Shown here: piece after piece, positions 1 to 9,147 of the stretch
Layout: each line of letters opens with the position of its first letter
How positions within the stretch are numbered: position 1 is the stretch's first letter
Assembly: GCA_902489475.1 (NCBI GenBank)
Contig: CABUAH010000001.1
Coordinates: 25,919-89,918, forward strand
DNA length: 64,000 bases
DNA from: an uncultured Oscillospiraceae bacterium
GTDB taxonomy: Bacteria; Bacillota; Clostridia; Oscillospirales; Ruminococcaceae
Direction of reading: 5' to 3'
Position numbers and translations under genes: made by a program
The notes under the pieces: model-generated
Told to the model about the DNA's origin: nothing
The model's database searches: none
Seen by the model: only the letters and a program-made list of their open reading frames with translations

Positions 1-404
1 AAAAGCTTTTAGATCTTTCTGAATTTAATGAAGCTGATGAAGACGGAAAGGCCTTCAAAATGACAAACGATCCGAGAGTTACAAGAATCGGAAGATTTAT
101 AAGAAAAACAAGCATTGATGAGCTTCCTCAGCTTGTTAATATTCTAAAGGGCGATATGAGTTTTGTAGGGCCTCGCCCTCCTATTCCTAGAGAGGTTGAA
201 GAGTATGACGAATATGAAACGCACAGGCTCGATATAAAATCCGGACTTACTTGTTATTGGCAATGTTCGGGGAGAAGCAACCTTTCGTTTGATGAATGGG
301 TTGCACTTGATATAAAGTACATAAATGAACAATCTCTAAAGACAGATATAAAGATACTTTTCAAAACCTTTGGCGCAGTATTTAAGGGTGATGGAGCAGT
401 ATAG
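1..404 (+). CDS. Bacterial sugar transferase, C-terminal catalytic domain (initiating phosphoglycosyl transferase, WbaP/CpsE-like); 5' end lies outside the window
   Basis: The frame is open from base 3. The translation DPRVTRIGRFIRKTSIDELPQLVNILKGDMSFVGPRPPIP...CYWQCSGRSNLSFDEWVALDIKYI carries the hallmark motifs of the PF02397 sugar-transferase family. Confidence 0.85.
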   Translation, partial: KLLDLSEFNEADEDGKAFKMTNDPRVTRIGRFIRKTSIDELPQLVNILKGDMSFVGPRPPIPREVEEYDEYETHRLDIKSGLTCYWQCSGRSNLSFDEWVALDIKYINEQSLKTDIKILFKTFGAVFKGDGAV

Positions 405-497
405 CGTAGAATATCTATCTGGTTTGAATTGTATGGAAGACGTCGGTTTTGCTGCGTACATATATTTCAAATAAAGTTTGGCTTAGCAATTATGATT

Positions 498-533
498 GAT
501 GTCCTGCGTAATATTTAGCAGAACATCTTTTTT
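498..533 (+). terminator. Rho-independent terminator after the sugar transferase
   Basis: A 10-bp stem gatgtcctgc/gcagaacatc (one mismatch) with a 10-nt loop is followed by a T6 run at 528-533. Confidence 0.6.
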
Positions 534-570
534 ATTTAAATTCTAATAAATAAATTTAAGGGTGAAGAAT

Positions 571-897
571 ATGACAAGGGACGAATTAATAGAATTTTTT
601 AAAACCTTTGAAAATTCGATAGTAGACCGTCCGTTCCCAGATGATGATATAAGCTTAGTGGCAAGACACAAAAGCAATAGGAAATGGTATGCGCTTGTGA
701 TGAGATTGGACGGTAAGGACATAGTTAATTTGAAATGTGATCCGTTGCAGTCTCAGTTTTTGAGAGATAATTTTGACGGAATTCGTGAGGCTTACCATAT
801 GAATAAGGTCCATTGGAATACAGTTAAACTTGAAAGCGATGTTGATGCAAGACTCATCAAAGAATTGGTATCTCATAGCTTTGAGCTTACTTTATAG
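571..897 (+). CDS. MmcQ/YjbR family DNA-binding protein
   Basis: The translation DRPFPDDDISLVARHKSNRKWYALVMRLDGKDIVNLKCDP...AYHMNKVHWNTVKL matches the YjbR/MmcQ fold signature. The ATG at 571 follows aagggtga; a GTG at 562 is an alternative start. Confidence 0.75.
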   Translation: MTRDELIEFFKTFENSIVDRPFPDDDISLVARHKSNRKWYALVMRLDGKDIVNLKCDPLQSQFLRDNFDGIREAYHMNKVHWNTVKLESDVDARLIKELVSHSFELTL

Positions 898-1012
898 AAT
901 CAGTTATAAATTGTGTTAATATTGCGGTTTTTGTCGTTTTTTACAAATAAAATGTAATTTGTTTTACGCAATGTAACGGCGTGTAGAAAAAAAGTCAAAA
1001 AGCGTTTTTTCG

Positions 1013-1050
1013 TTGACATATTGACTGATATATGATAAAATTTATATAAT
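1013..1050 (+). promoter_or_regulatory. Sigma-70/sigma-A type promoter(s) in front of the rhamnose block
   Basis: TTGACA (1013-1018), a 17-nt spacer and TAAAAT (1036-1041), with TG at 1033-1034. An overlapping second promoter is TTGACT (1021-1026), an 18-nt spacer and TATAAT (1045-1050). Confidence 0.5.
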
Positions 1051-1168
1051 GCGTTTAATATGCAATTGGAAATGTGGATTGGTGAACCCAGTTAAAAATT
1101 GACGATTGAGAGCTTTACTGCACAAGCAAAAAAGTGCATTAAAGCCTTTAAATAAACAGGAGATTGAT

Positions 1169-1438
1169 ATGGATAAATTTGCACCTTCGTTATTTTTATC
1201 TCAATCCTACGGGGATGCCTGGCAGGACTATATAAGAATGCTGACACACCCGAATTTTGCTTGTTGGGATTATGTCATTTTAACCGCATCCAACGAAAAG
1301 CAAGCGGTGGGTTTTCGTGAACAGATTGCTAAGCGTCAGAAGACGGGATTTTTACCGGATAAAACTCATTTTGCGGTTATTCCCGATCCTGAGGGCAAAC
1401 GAGTGGGAAGCGGAGGAGCAACATACAGGGCGTCATGA
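1169..1438 (+). pseudogene. N-terminal remnant of a fucokinase/fucose-1-phosphate guanylyltransferase (Fkp-like) gene
   Basis: AGGAG (1158-1162) precedes an ATG. The translation WDYVILTASNEKQAVGFREQIAKRQKTGFLPDKTHFAVIPDPEGKRVGSGGAT resembles the N-terminus of Fkp-type proteins, which are far longer than this. The ORF stops after about 90 codons. Confidence 0.55.
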
Positions 1439-1649
1439 AGCGTATTAAATTCTAAAGTGCAACTGTTATGACTTTTGGGCTGACGCTGAAGAAAGATAGT
1501 ACATTCTTTGGTAGTTTGGTCGTTAATGACTTAGATAAGTTCTAAAAAATGAGTTGTGATGCTATTGCTAATCAGTATGACAACAGTCTTGTGACGTAAA
1601 GCTTATACATGAGATATATTACAAAGTGGCTAAATTAAGGAGAAAAGTT

Positions 1650-2624
1650 ATGAAAGGGATTATTCTGGCTGGTGGTTCTGGTACTCGTTTGTATCCACTA
1701 ACGAAAGTAACTTCAAAGCAATTGCTTCCGATTTATGATAAACCGATGATCTATTACCCTATGTCTGTTCTTATGAATGCAGGCATACGGGATATTTTGA
1801 TTATTTCCACACCTCAGGACACACCACGATTTCAAGACTTGCTAGGTGATGGTCACCAGTTTGGTGTAAACCTCACTTACGCTGTCCAGCCTTCCCCGGA
1901 TGGACTGGCACAGGCATTTATTATTGGTGCTGACTTCATCGGTAATGATACTGTGGCGATGGTCTTGGGCGATAACATCTTTGCAGGTCACGGCTTGAAG
2001 AAACGTCTGAAAGCTGCTGTGAAGAATGCAGAAACAGGTAAGGGGGCCACAGTGTTTGGTTACTATGTGGATGATCCGGAGCGTTTTGGTATTGTGGAGT
2101 TTGACAATGACGGTAAGGCGATTTCTATCGAAGAAAAGCCTTCTCATCCGAAGAGCAACTACTGCGTGACAGGTCTCTACTTCTATGACAATCGAGTAGT
2201 AGAGTATGCAAAGAACTTGAAACCTTCTGCTCGTGGAGAACTGGAAATTACCGACCTTAACAGAATCTATCTGGAAGACGGTTCGTTGAATGTGGAATTG
2301 TTGGGACAGGGCTTTACCTGGTTGGATACTGGAACCCATGAGAGCCTTGTGGATGCAACAAACTTTGTGAAGACAATCGAGCAGCATCAGCATCGTAAAA
2401 TTGCATGTTTGGAGGAAATTGCATATTTAAATGGTTGGATTAGCAGGGAAGAAGTAATGAAAGAATACGAAGTCTTGAAGAAAAATCAGTATGGGCAGTA
2501 TTTGAAGGACGTTTTGGATGGAAAGTACCTTGATGTGATTCATGAGGGCATCATGGACTTTAAGAATAAATTGTCAAATCAACAAGAAACACATAATTTG
2601 AGAATAGAGGAAGAAAACACATGA
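1650..2624 (+). CDS. rfbA: Glucose-1-phosphate thymidylyltransferase
   Basis: [18 protein letters not shown]...[16 protein letters not shown]...GLAQAF...[25 protein letters not shown] precedes the ATG at 1650. The stop overlaps the next start (ATGA). Confidence 0.93.
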   Translation: MKGIILAGGSGTRLYPLTKVTSKQLLPIYDKPMIYYPMSVLMNAGIRDILIISTPQDTPRFQDLLGDGHQFGVNLTYAVQPSPDGLAQAFIIGADFIGNDTVAMVLGDNIFAGHGLKKRLKAAVKNAETGKGATVFGYYVDDPERFGIVEFDNDGKAISIEEKPSHPKSNYCVTGLYFYDNRVVEYAKNLKPSARGELEITDLNRIYLEDGSLNVELLGQGFTWLDTGTHESLVDATNFVKTIEQHQHRKIACLEEIAYLNGWISREEVMKEYEVLKKNQYGQYLKDVLDGKYLDVIHEGIMDFKNKLSNQQETHNLRIEEENT

Positions 2625-3694
2625 AAAAATATCTGATCACTGGTTGCGCCGGCTTTATTGGCTCCAACTTTGTTTACTACATGCTGAAGAAGTATGATGA
2701 CATCCTGCTGGTCAACCTGGACAAGCTGACCTATGCAGGTAATCTGGAAAACCTCAAGGGCGTGGAGGGAGATTCCCACCATGTATTCGTCCAGGGTGAT
2801 ATCTGTGACAAGAAATTGGTCACTTCTTTGTTCGAAAAGTACGATTTTGACTATGTTATTAATTTCGCAGCGGAAAGCCATGTGGATCGCTCCATTGCCA
2901 ATCCCGAAATCTTTGTCCAAACCAATGTCATGGGTACCGTGAATCTGCTCCAGAGAGCGAAAGAAGCCTGGTATGACGCTGCTACCAAGACGTGGAAAGA
3001 GGGAAAGAAGTATCTGCAGGTTTCTACCGATGAGGTCTACGGTGCGCTAGGGGCGGAGGGCTATTTTATGGAGACCACGCCAATCAATCCCCACAGTCCC
3101 TACTCTTCCTCTAAGGCTAGTGCCGACCATTTTGTGCAGGCATTCCATGACACCTATGGTATGCCCATCAACATAACCCGTTGCTCTAACAACTACGGTC
3201 CTTACCAGTTCCCGGAGAAGCTGATCCCACTAATGATTAACAACGTTAAGCATCATAAGCAGCTCCCTGTGTATGGTGACGGTATGCAGATTCGTGACTG
3301 GCTGTACGTGGAAGACCACTGCAAGGCCATTGATATGGTAGCCAATGGCGGCAAGATCGGTGAGGTCTACAACGTGGGCGGTCATAACGAGCGCCCCAAC
3401 ATTTTTATCGTCAAGACTATTATTGAGCAGCTTCACGGCCAACTGAAGGATGATGGTATTTCTGAGGATCTCATCAAGCATGTGGAAGATCGTCTGGGAC
3501 ATGATCGCCGCTATGGCATTGATCCGACTAAGATCAAAAATGATCTTGGCTGGTATCCGGAGACTCCCTTTGAAAAGGGTATTGTCTTGACCATCGACTG
3601 GTACCTGAAGCATGAGGATTGGATGAACAATGTGACCAGCGGCAATTATCAGAAGTACTACGAAGCCATGTATAAGGCGAAAGCAGGAATCTAA
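2621..3694 (+). CDS. rfbB: dTDP-glucose 4,6-dehydratase (copy 1, GC-richer)
   Basis: [12 protein letters not shown]...[10 protein letters not shown]...STDEVYG...[10 protein letters not shown]...FPEKLIPL...[13 protein letters not shown]. Confidence 0.93.
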   Translation: MKKYLITGCAGFIGSNFVYYMLKKYDDILLVNLDKLTYAGNLENLKGVEGDSHHVFVQGDICDKKLVTSLFEKYDFDYVINFAAESHVDRSIANPEIFVQTNVMGTVNLLQRAKEAWYDAATKTWKEGKKYLQVSTDEVYGALGAEGYFMETTPINPHSPYSSSKASADHFVQAFHDTYGMPINITRCSNNYGPYQFPEKLIPLMINNVKHHKQLPVYGDGMQIRDWLYVEDHCKAIDMVANGGKIGEVYNVGGHNERPNIFIVKTIIEQLHGQLKDDGISEDLIKHVEDRLGHDRRYGIDPTKIKNDLGWYPETPFEKGIVLTIDWYLKHEDWMNNVTSGNYQKYYEAMYKAKAGI

Positions 3695-3706
3695 AGGGTT
3701 GAGGTT

Positions 3707-5251
3707 GTGGGAAGAATGAAGTTTTTTGTAACTGGCGTCAATGGCCAGCTTGGCCATGATGTAATGAATGAATTGAATAAAAGAGGTCATGAGTGTGTCG
3801 GCTCCGATCTTGCAGGAGCCTATGCAGGCATTGCAGATGGTTCTGCTGTGACAACGATGCCCTATGTTGGTCTGGATATTACTGACAAGGCAGCGGTCAA
3901 GAAGATCATTACAGAGGTGCAGCCTGATGCTGTCATTCACTGTGCGGCGTGGACCGCTGTGGACATGGCCGAGGACGATGATAAGGTGGAGAAAGTACGT
4001 GCCGTCAATGCCGGTGGCACTCAGAATATCGCGGATGCTTGTAAAGCGGTAGACTGCAAGATGCTTTATTTGTCCACGGACTATGTATTTGATGGTCAGG
4101 GAACGAAGCCTTGGCAGCCGGACTGCAAGGACTATAAACCTCTGAACGTCTATGGCCAGACCAAGCTGGAAGGTGAGTTGGCGGTGGCAAACACGCTTGA
4201 GAAATATTTCATCGTCCGTATTGCATGGGTATTCGGTCTGAATGGCAAGAACTTCATCAACACCATGATCAATCTGGGTAAGACTCATAATGAAGTCCGG
4301 GTAGTCAACGATCAAATTGGTACGCCGACGTACACTCATGACCTCGTTCGACTACTGGTAGACATGTGCGAGACAGAGAGATATGGTTATTACCACGCAA
4401 CCAATGAGGGCGGCTATATTTCCTGGTACGATTTCTGCTGTGAATTTTATCGTCAGTATGGGTTGAGCACAAAGGTCATCCCTGTGACCACCGAGGAATA
4501 CGGTCTGAGCAAAGCTGCTCGCCCGTTCAACAGTAGACTGGACAAGAGCAAGCTGGTTAAGAATGGCTTTGAGCCGCTTCCGACTTGGCAGGATGCAGTT
4601 AGTCGGTACCTAAAGGAATCACAGCTTTTAGAGGGGATGAAGACAATGGGACAGATAAATGTGAAAAAGAATGTAGGCGGCATCGAGGGGCTGTGTGTGA
4701 TTACCCCGGCTGTACACGGTGATGCTCGCGGTTATTTCATGGAAACTTATAGCCAGAGAGATATGGAAGAGAACGGAATTAACATCAATTTTATTCAGGA
4801 CAACCAGTCCATGAGTACCAAGGGGGTGCTTAGGGGGCTTCACTTTCAGAAAAATTTTCCACAGACCAAGCTGGTTCGGGTGATTAAGGGTTCTGTGTTC
4901 GATGTGGCGGTTGACTTACGTTCTGGAAGTAGTACTTATGGCAAGTGGTATGGAATTGAGCTGACAGAGGATAATAAGAAGCAGTTTCTTATTCCAAAAG
5001 GTTTTGCGCACGGCTTTCTTGTACTCAGTGATACCGCTGAATTTTGCTATAAGTGTGATGACTTTTACCATCCAAATGATGAAGGCGGTATGGCTTGGAA
5101 TGACCCGGAAATTGGCATTCAGTGGCCGCAATTGAAGGGGGAGTATCATGGCACGGCAAGTGCTGAAGGGTATAGCGTAGATGGTATGTCACTTAATTTG
5201 AGTGAGAAAGATCAGAAGTGGCTTGGATTGAAAGATACATTCAAGTTTTGA
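3707..5251 (+). CDS. rfbD-rfbC: Fused dTDP-4-dehydrorhamnose reductase (N-terminal) and dTDP-4-dehydrorhamnose 3,5-epimerase (C-terminal)
   Basis: A single 514-codon ORF. The N-terminal half has RmlD motifs (FVTGVNGQLG, STDYVFDG, NVYGQTKLEGE). The C-terminal half has RmlC motifs (GDARGYFMETY, RGLHFQ, KLVRVIKGSVFDVAVDLR, PKGFAHGF). The start is GTG 3707 or ATG 3716. Confidence 0.85.
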   Translation: MGRMKFFVTGVNGQLGHDVMNELNKRGHECVGSDLAGAYAGIADGSAVTTMPYVGLDITDKAAVKKIITEVQPDAVIHCAAWTAVDMAEDDDKVEKVRAVNAGGTQNIADACKAVDCKMLYLSTDYVFDGQGTKPWQPDCKDYKPLNVYGQTKLEGELAVANTLEKYFIVRIAWVFGLNGKNFINTMINLGKTHNEVRVVNDQIGTPTYTHDLVRLLVDMCETERYGYYHATNEGGYISWYDFCCEFYRQYGLSTKVIPVTTEEYGLSKAARPFNSRLDKSKLVKNGFEPLPTWQDAVSRYLKESQLLEGMKTMGQINVKKNVGGIEGLCVITPAVHGDARGYFMETYSQRDMEENGININFIQDNQSMSTKGVLRGLHFQKNFPQTKLVRVIKGSVFDVAVDLRSGSSTYGKWYGIELTEDNKKQFLIPKGFAHGFLVLSDTAEFCYKCDDFYHPNDEGGMAWNDPEIGIQWPQLKGEYHGTASAEGYSVDGMSLNLSEKDQKWLGLKDTFKF

Positions 5252-5264
5252 GGAGAACTGATTC

Positions 5265-6506
5265 ATGCAGAAAAATCAAGAACAGCACGTATTTCTAGTG
5301 GGTGCAAAAAGCCTTGGTGCATACGGTGGATATGAGACTTTTATCAATAAATTAACTGAATACCATCAGAACAATAAAAAAATAAAATATCATGTAGCGT
5401 GTAAAGCAAACGGTGATGGCTGCATGAATCCCAAAAATACAGACGGTGCAGAGATTATTTCTGACTATGAGTTTGTATATCACAATGCAGAGTGCTTTCG
5501 GATTCATGTACCGGAGAAGTTGGGGCATGCACAAGCTATCTATTATGATATTATGGCTTTAAAAGAATGCTGTCGAATCATTAAAGAACAGGATATTCAG
5601 CATCCGATTGTATATATTATGGCTTGTCGTATTGGACTATTTATTAAGCATTTTTACAAGAAAATCCATAACCTCGGTGGTATAATTTACCTAAATCCCG
5701 ATGGACATGAGTGGATGAGAGCCAAATGGAGCGCACCTGTAAGAAAATACTGGAAGTTGTCAGAACAACTGATGGTTAAATGGTCAGATCTTGATATCTG
5801 CGATTCTATTAATATTGAAAAGTACATACACGAGCAGTATGACGGAAAAGGAATTAAAGGGAGAAATCCAACGACAACATTTATTGCGTATGGAGCAGAT
5901 TTAACCTTAAGCAAGGTGTCAGATAACGATGATAAACTTGTGAAATGGTATAAGGAAAAAGGACTGACTCCAAAGGAGTATTACCTTGTTGTAGGTCGAT
6001 TTGTACCGGAAAACTCTTTCGAAGTTATGATTCGTGAGTTTATGAATAGTAACAGCAAGAGATACTTTGCTATAATCACAAATGTAAATAACAAGTTTCT
6101 GAGTGAGTTGGAAGCAAAACTTCACTTCAGGAGTGATAAGAGAATAAAGTTCGTTGGTACTGTTTATGACCAGGAACTTCTTAAGAAGATCCGAGAAAAT
6201 GCATATGCATATTTTCATGGACACACAGTAGGAGGTACTAATCCGTCCCTTATTGAAGCATTAGGAAGCACAGATTTGAACTTGTTGGTTGATGTTGGTT
6301 TTAATAAAGAAGTAGCAGAAGATTGTGCTTTGTATTGGAGTCGTGATGATGGTGAATTGGCGAATCTGGTTAATTATGCAGATTCCATGAGTGTTGATGA
6401 TATTGCAGAGATGGGACGAAGAGCTAAGAAACGTGTAGCAGAAGAGTACACATGGGAAATAATCTGCCGAAAGTATGAAGATGCATTTTTTGGGTGGGGG
6501 AATTGA
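5265..6506 (+). CDS. DUF1972-type glycosyltransferase (rhamnosyltransferase-like, GT4)
   Basis: The N-terminal VFLVGAKSLGAYGGYETFINKL is typical of DUF1972 N-domains. The C-terminal GT1/GT4-like half contains HGHTVGGTNPSLIEAL. Confidence 0.7.
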   Translation: MQKNQEQHVFLVGAKSLGAYGGYETFINKLTEYHQNNKKIKYHVACKANGDGCMNPKNTDGAEIISDYEFVYHNAECFRIHVPEKLGHAQAIYYDIMALKECCRIIKEQDIQHPIVYIMACRIGLFIKHFYKKIHNLGGIIYLNPDGHEWMRAKWSAPVRKYWKLSEQLMVKWSDLDICDSINIEKYIHEQYDGKGIKGRNPTTTFIAYGADLTLSKVSDNDDKLVKWYKEKGLTPKEYYLVVGRFVPENSFEVMIREFMNSNSKRYFAIITNVNNKFLSELEAKLHFRSDKRIKFVGTVYDQELLKKIRENAYAYFHGHTVGGTNPSLIEALGSTDLNLLVDVGFNKEVAEDCALYWSRDDGELANLVNYADSMSVDDIAEMGRRAKKRVAEEYTWEIICRKYEDAFFGWGN

Positions 6507-6510
6507 GATA

Positions 6511-7716
6511 ATGAAGATATTGGCTATTCATAACTTCCACCGAAAAGGGTCAGCAAGCGGCGATGACCAGGTTTTTAAAAGCGAGACAACGTTGTTGGAA
6601 GAGCATGGTCACGAAGTAATTCGATATACTGTTGCAAATGATGAATTTGATAAGTCAGGGTTCATTGGGAAAGTTGCAGCAACATTTGGGATGCTGTGGA
6701 GTTTTAAGAATTACAAAAGAGTCAAAAAATTGGTCGAATCAGAAAAACCAGACATTGTACATATTCATACCTTTTTTCCACTGCTTTCTCCATCAGTACT
6801 GTATGCAGCCAAAAGGGCTGGTGCCAAGGTTGTAGCTACATTACATGATACAAGGTTTATTTGTCCTTGCGCAACATCACTACGAGGAACCGAACTGTGT
6901 AATCAATGCGGTGATGGAAACTATCTCCGCATGTGTAAATATGGATGCTTCAAGGGCAGTAAGCTGCAGAGCTTTATTATTGCATGTATTTTTACTTATC
7001 ACAGAATAAGAAAGAGTTTTTACAAGCAGATTGATCGATATATCTGCCTAAATGAGAATCAGATCCAGTTGCTGAAGAATATAGGATATGATGAGAGTAA
7101 AATTATAAAGAAATACAATTTTGTTCCAGATGTGGATGTGAATGTTGACATCGCATTATCAACGGAGCTTCCGGAGCGTTATGTTGTCTTCTACGGAAGG
7201 ATTGGAGAAGAAAAGGGAATTCGGATTTTGATGCAGATTTGGGATGAAATTCACGACATTCCGCTGGTGGTTATGGGAGGTGGCCCGTTAGAAGAGGAAT
7301 TTCGGAATTGGGCTGAGGAGAAAGAAAATGTGTTTTATTTGGGATATACGCAACATGACAAGTGCCTCAATATAGTAAAAAGATCTGAGTTTGTTGTTTT
7401 CCCAAGTATTTGGTATGAAGGCTGTTCGATGGTGGAAATTGAAACTGAAAGTCTAGGAAAGGGAATCATAGCAACAGATTTGGGCTTCTCTCAGGAATCA
7501 ATTGAGAATGGAGTCAATGGATTTAAAGTTCCTCTCGGCAGCGTTGAGGTTTTTTTACAAGCCATCCGTAGGCTGTGGGATGACCTGGAACAGATTGCCG
7601 CTATGGGAAAGAACGCAAGAATCGACTATGAAGCAAAGTATTTGCCGGAGGATAATTACCAACAAATTATCAGAATATATGACTATGTAGCCGATACCGA
7701 GAACAAAGAGGATTAG
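6511..7716 (+). CDS. Glycosyltransferase family 4
   Basis: MKILAIHNFHRKGSASGDDQVF...PDIVHIHTFFP...FYGRIGEEKGI...FPSIWYEGCSMVEIE (an EX7E-like region). The ATG at 6511 lies just after the upstream stop. Confidence 0.75.
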   Translation: MKILAIHNFHRKGSASGDDQVFKSETTLLEEHGHEVIRYTVANDEFDKSGFIGKVAATFGMLWSFKNYKRVKKLVESEKPDIVHIHTFFPLLSPSVLYAAKRAGAKVVATLHDTRFICPCATSLRGTELCNQCGDGNYLRMCKYGCFKGSKLQSFIIACIFTYHRIRKSFYKQIDRYICLNENQIQLLKNIGYDESKIIKKYNFVPDVDVNVDIALSTELPERYVVFYGRIGEEKGIRILMQIWDEIHDIPLVVMGGGPLEEEFRNWAEEKENVFYLGYTQHDKCLNIVKRSEFVVFPSIWYEGCSMVEIETESLGKGIIATDLGFSQESIENGVNGFKVPLGSVEVFLQAIRRLWDDLEQIAAMGKNARIDYEAKYLPEDNYQQIIRIYDYVADTENKED

Positions 7717-7754
7717 AAAGACAAATCATTCAAGCTTTGGAGGAAAATTGGAAA

Positions 7755-9095
7755 ATGTTATTGTTGGAAAAAGTATTTGAAATTATTAACAATAGCGGAT
7801 TGGAATATTGCATTCAGAATAAGTATGAAATGATGCCGGAAATGATTCCTTCGGACATCGATATGATGTACAAAGATGCAAGCGAGGAATTCCTAGATAA
7901 CTTGGTGAAGAGAATTGCAGATGAGACAGGATTGATAGTTACTCAAAAAATCTGTCAGGGGTATTTTGAGTATACGTATATCATCTCTTATCCGTGTCCA
8001 AAGGAATATTTTCAGTTGCAGTTAGACTTTTACAGAGCCATTTCTAGAAGAGGATATCTGAATATCATGTCTGCTGAGGAAATGTTGGAGAGTAGAAGAT
8101 TTTATAAATGCTTCTATATTCCAGATTCTTATGTTGAGTTCAAATATATGTGGATTCGGCGAACGATTAAACATGATATGAACATGGAACACATTGCGAT
8201 TGCGAAAGAGCTATATTCAAAAAGTCCGAACGAATATATTGAACGGCTGAAAAAGGACTTGGGTGCGGAAGTTGCTGAACTTGTACTTAAAATCATGGAT
8301 AAGAATGATGTTGAAATCTTTAACCGAAATTTCGAAGTATTTAACCGCTCAGCAAAGAGTGTATCTCGAAAAAATGCTACGCTGCCTGTTAGATTGAGAT
8401 ATGCGGCTTTTATGTTTGGAACAGTAATTCCTAAACGAGTATTCCACAAATGCGGTTTGTCTGTGGCATTTATTGCACCCGATGGTGCGGGCAAAAGTAC
8501 AGTAATTGAGCGTATAAAAGAAACGGTCAGTGGAAGCTTCTATGGAGTTAGTCTCTACTATATGCGTCCGCATTTGTTTAAAAATCTGGGACATTATAAT
8601 AAGTTGAATCCGACAGAGGAAGCTACATCAAATAACGACCCGCACGCTGTCATTTGTGATGGCCCATTCAAGTCGGCATTACGGTTCTTTTTTTACAATT
8701 TCGATTTCCTGTTAGGCACCATACTGAAAGTTAATCGTAAGAAAATTGCAAAGCAGTTAGTAATATTTGATCGATACTATTACGATTACTTTGCAGATAT
8801 GAAGAGATATAAGTATTTGCTTCCAAGCTGGTTCCCAGCGGCATTTGAATGGATGATACCCAAGCCTGATATGGTCTTCGTGCTAGAGGGTTCTCCGAAA
8901 GTATTGTATGCGAGAAAAAAAGAGCTCTCTATGGAGGAAATTGAAAAGCAGTGTACTGCGTTTCGCCAGTTGGCACAGAAAGAAAAGAATTTCTATTTAA
9001 TTGATGTCAACCGTGATGTCGATGTAATTGTTGATGAAATTACTACATTAATTTTGAAAGAAACAGAAAGAAAAACTAAAAAGATAATGAAATAG
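7755..9095 (+). CDS. Hypothetical two-domain protein: N-terminal nucleotidyltransferase-like region plus C-terminal P-loop (dTMP-kinase-like) domain
   Basis: The ORF is long and clean. IPSDIDMMY in the N-terminal part resembles an NTase acidic motif. A Walker A motif IAPDGAGKST is followed by FDRYYYDYF. GGAGG at 7739-7743 lies upstream. The function is not recognisable. Confidence 0.55.
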   Translation: MLLLEKVFEIINNSGLEYCIQNKYEMMPEMIPSDIDMMYKDASEEFLDNLVKRIADETGLIVTQKICQGYFEYTYIISYPCPKEYFQLQLDFYRAISRRGYLNIMSAEEMLESRRFYKCFYIPDSYVEFKYMWIRRTIKHDMNMEHIAIAKELYSKSPNEYIERLKKDLGAEVAELVLKIMDKNDVEIFNRNFEVFNRSAKSVSRKNATLPVRLRYAAFMFGTVIPKRVFHKCGLSVAFIAPDGAGKSTVIERIKETVSGSFYGVSLYYMRPHLFKNLGHYNKLNPTEEATSNNDPHAVICDGPFKSALRFFFYNFDFLLGTILKVNRKKIAKQLVIFDRYYYDYFADMKRYKYLLPSWFPAAFEWMIPKPDMVFVLEGSPKVLYARKKELSMEEIEKQCTAFRQLAQKEKNFYLIDVNRDVDVIVDEITTLILKETERKTKKIMK

Positions 9096-9147
9096 GTAGG
9101 TCTTCGCAAAAGATTGGATATTGTGGAAGTGTATTACGGAGTGGAGT

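Noticed and set aside
1842-2393. A 183-codon minus-strand ORF
   Set aside because: It is antisense to rfbA and has no motifs or RBS. It is a shadow ORF.
3230-4339. A 369-codon ORF on the minus strand
   Set aside because: It lies entirely antisense to the well-supported rfbB and rfbD-rfbC genes in the GC-richer block. Its translation has no recognisable motifs and an odd composition. This is a typical shadow ORF.
6475-6510. The upstream extension of the GT4 gene overlapping the end of the preceding glycosyltransferase
   Set aside because: The conserved GT4 N-terminus (MKILAIHNF) starts at the ATG at 6511, just after the upstream stop. The extension is simply the alternative frame of the preceding gene.
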